Source of the DNA: Octopus sinensis | Lineage: Eukaryota | Assembly (NCBI RefSeq): GCF_006345805.1 | Contig: NW_021832359.1 | Location: 1-30,882 of the forward strand | Direction: 5' to 3' | DNA: 30,882 nucleotides | The notes under the pieces: generated by a model | The model's input: only the letters and a program-made list of their open reading frames with translations | Databases searched by the model: none | What the model was told of the DNA's origin: nothing | In this document: positions 29,230 to 30,882 of the stretch, one piece after another | Position numbering within the stretch: the first letter of the stretch is position 1 | Layout of the letters: every line of letters starts with the position of its first letter | Position numbers and translations under genes: made by a program

Positions 29230-29480
29230 TTTTTCCACCTTGTTTCACATTTATGTGTTTACTCCGGTATATAAATATATATATATACATATATATATAT
29301 ACACACATATATATATACACACACATATATATATATATATGTGTGTGTGTGTGTATGTGTATATATATATGCATATATATATATATATACGTGTGTGTGT
29401 GTATATATATGCTTATATATATATATATATATTATATATTATAGATATATATTACATGTATATATGTATATGCATGTATA
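29230..29480. repeat. pLTR-tail-like segment followed by (TA)/(CA)/(TG) microsatellite
   Basis: The microsatellite is directly visible; the identity of 29195-29270 is inferred only. Confidence 0.7.
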
Positions 29481-29549
29481 ATGTACGCATTCACACAGAC
29501 ATCTGAAAGGCTAACAAATTCTTTGAGTTTTATCGTTTTACCTGTACAG

Positions 29550-29671
29550 ACACGACATGGTACTTGAAACTCGTTAACGTGTTATTGATCGCAGCGTGTT
29601 CATTGTTTATAGCAACTAGTCATGCCGCGAACACCAGAAGCAAAGAGGACGTTTTCTGGGTCAATCTGAAG
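29550..29671 (+). CDS. Candidate exon encoding a signal-peptide-like segment
   Basis: Branch point GGCTAAC (29509-29515); acceptor TTTTATCGTTTTACCTGTACAG; frame xTTWYLKLVNVLLIAACSLFIATSHA-ANTRSKEDVFWVNLK; weak donor AAG|GTGGAC, otherwise stop at 29723-29725. Confidence 0.45.
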
Positions 29672-30004
29672 GTGGACTTAGCATCAGATTACACAAGACC
29701 TTGGGCTCTGTCTTGCCACGCCTAACAGGGTGACTGGGCGATTCCCTAAGCAAAGGGAAAAGAGTCAACTGTTTCTCGTTCCGATCATCTTGGGTCTATC
29801 CGATGGGCGTCCTTGTGCTCTCAAGTGGATTGCTGTAAAATAACTCCCGTTGAGAAGCAGCCCCTGATGAATTGGAGTCTTTTGGCTGCTGTGGCAGAGC
29901 AAACATCTCAAAGTAAACGTCCCCTTTGACCAGCAAATATCCAAGCAACAAACAAGAAATAAATCTTTCGAAAGTGATGCTCGCTAATCGCTCTATATAT
30001 CGAA

Positions 30005-30471
30005 TGGAAATAGTAGTTGTGATACCTGTGCTGGTGGCACATAAAAAGCACCATCCGAGCGTGGCCGATGCCAGCGCTGCCCTGACTGGCTTCTGTGCCG
30101 GTGGCACTTGACCTGCTGTGCTTGAAGAGACCTTCTGTGTCAAGTACATCAACATCAAAATCAATATCAAAATAAATACCAAATGGAAATTGTAGTTGTG
30201 ATACCTGTGCCGGTGGCACGTAATAAGCACCATCCAATCATAGCCATTGCCAGCCTCCCCTGGCACCCATGCCAGTGACACATAAAATGCACCCACTACA
30301 CTCTCAGAGTGGTTGGTATTAGGAAGGGCATCCAGCTGTAGAAACAATGCCAGATCAAGACTGGAGCCTGGTGCAGCCTCCTGGCTTCCCAGACCCCAGT
30401 CGAACCGTCCAACCCATGCTAGCATGAAAAACGGACGTTAAACGATGATGATGATGATGATGATGATGATC
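30005..30471 (+). mobile_element. SINE family E, 5'-truncated, (GAT)n tail
   Basis: Internal repeats of TG(C/T)CGGTGGCAC..AA(A)AAGCAC; 3' CCAACCCATGCTAGCATGAAAAACGGACGTTAAAC(GAT)n. Confidence 0.85.
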
Positions 30472-30870
30472 TTTTATATTTTACAAGTTCAGTTATTAGA
30501 CTGCGGCCATGCTGGGGCACCACCTTCAAGAAATTTTTGTCGAATGAATCGACCCAGTAGTTGTTTGTTTTTATTTCTTTGTCTTTGCATGCCTGGTTCT
30601 TATTCTGTTGATCTCTTTTGCTAAACTGCTAAGTTACAGGGATGTAAATATACCAGCACTGGTTGTTAAGTGATGGTGGGAGACAAACACAAATAAAAGT
30701 ATACACACATATAAATATACGTACATATAAGATGGGCTTCTTTCAGTTTCCATCTATCAAATCCATTCACAAGGCTTTGGTTGGCCTGAGCTTATAGTAG
30801 AAGACCCTTTCCCAAGGTGCCAGAACCCAGAATCATGTGGTTGAGAAGCAAGCTTCTTACCACACAACCA
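30472..30870 (-). mobile_element. SINE family C, diverged
   Basis: GACTGCGGCCATGCTGGGGCACCACC...AGTAGAAGAC...CCCAAGGTGCC...CTTACCACACAACCA. Confidence 0.82.
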
Positions 30871-30882
30871 AGCCTTTTTTGT

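Overview
Eukaryotic, AT-rich, repeat-saturated DNA with no complete protein-coding gene; the SINE families and microsatellite load point to an octopus-like cephalopod genome (inference from recall, not a database result), probably intronic or intergenic. Main content: (1) a 5'-truncated Penelope-like retroelement (PLE; RT then C-terminal GIY-YIG, probably Hydra clade) at 4372-6994 with ~760-bp inverted pseudo-LTR arms, inserted in (TA)n, plus a second PLE RT fragment at 28562-29195; (2) seven hammerhead-ribozyme-like motifs of about five sequence families (plus one half-motif), all next to (TA)n and all with a self-complementary stem III; (3) about 25 tRNA-derived SINE copies or fragments, RTE and RLE-type LINE relics, a non-autonomous Helitron and two MITEs; (4) a 2.5-kb polypyrimidine tract; (5) a 3.1-kb tandem array of about 43 units of 78, 69 and 68 bp whose variation looks synonymous in one minus-strand frame encoding a Cys/His/Leu-rich 26-aa repeat, with decayed versions of the motif in both flanks; (6) two plus-strand candidate exons, one encoding a signal-peptide-like stretch. 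Most long ORFs in the supplied track are microsatellite artefacts. All alignments, folds and counts were done by eye, and repeat boundaries are approximate (+/-10-20 bp).
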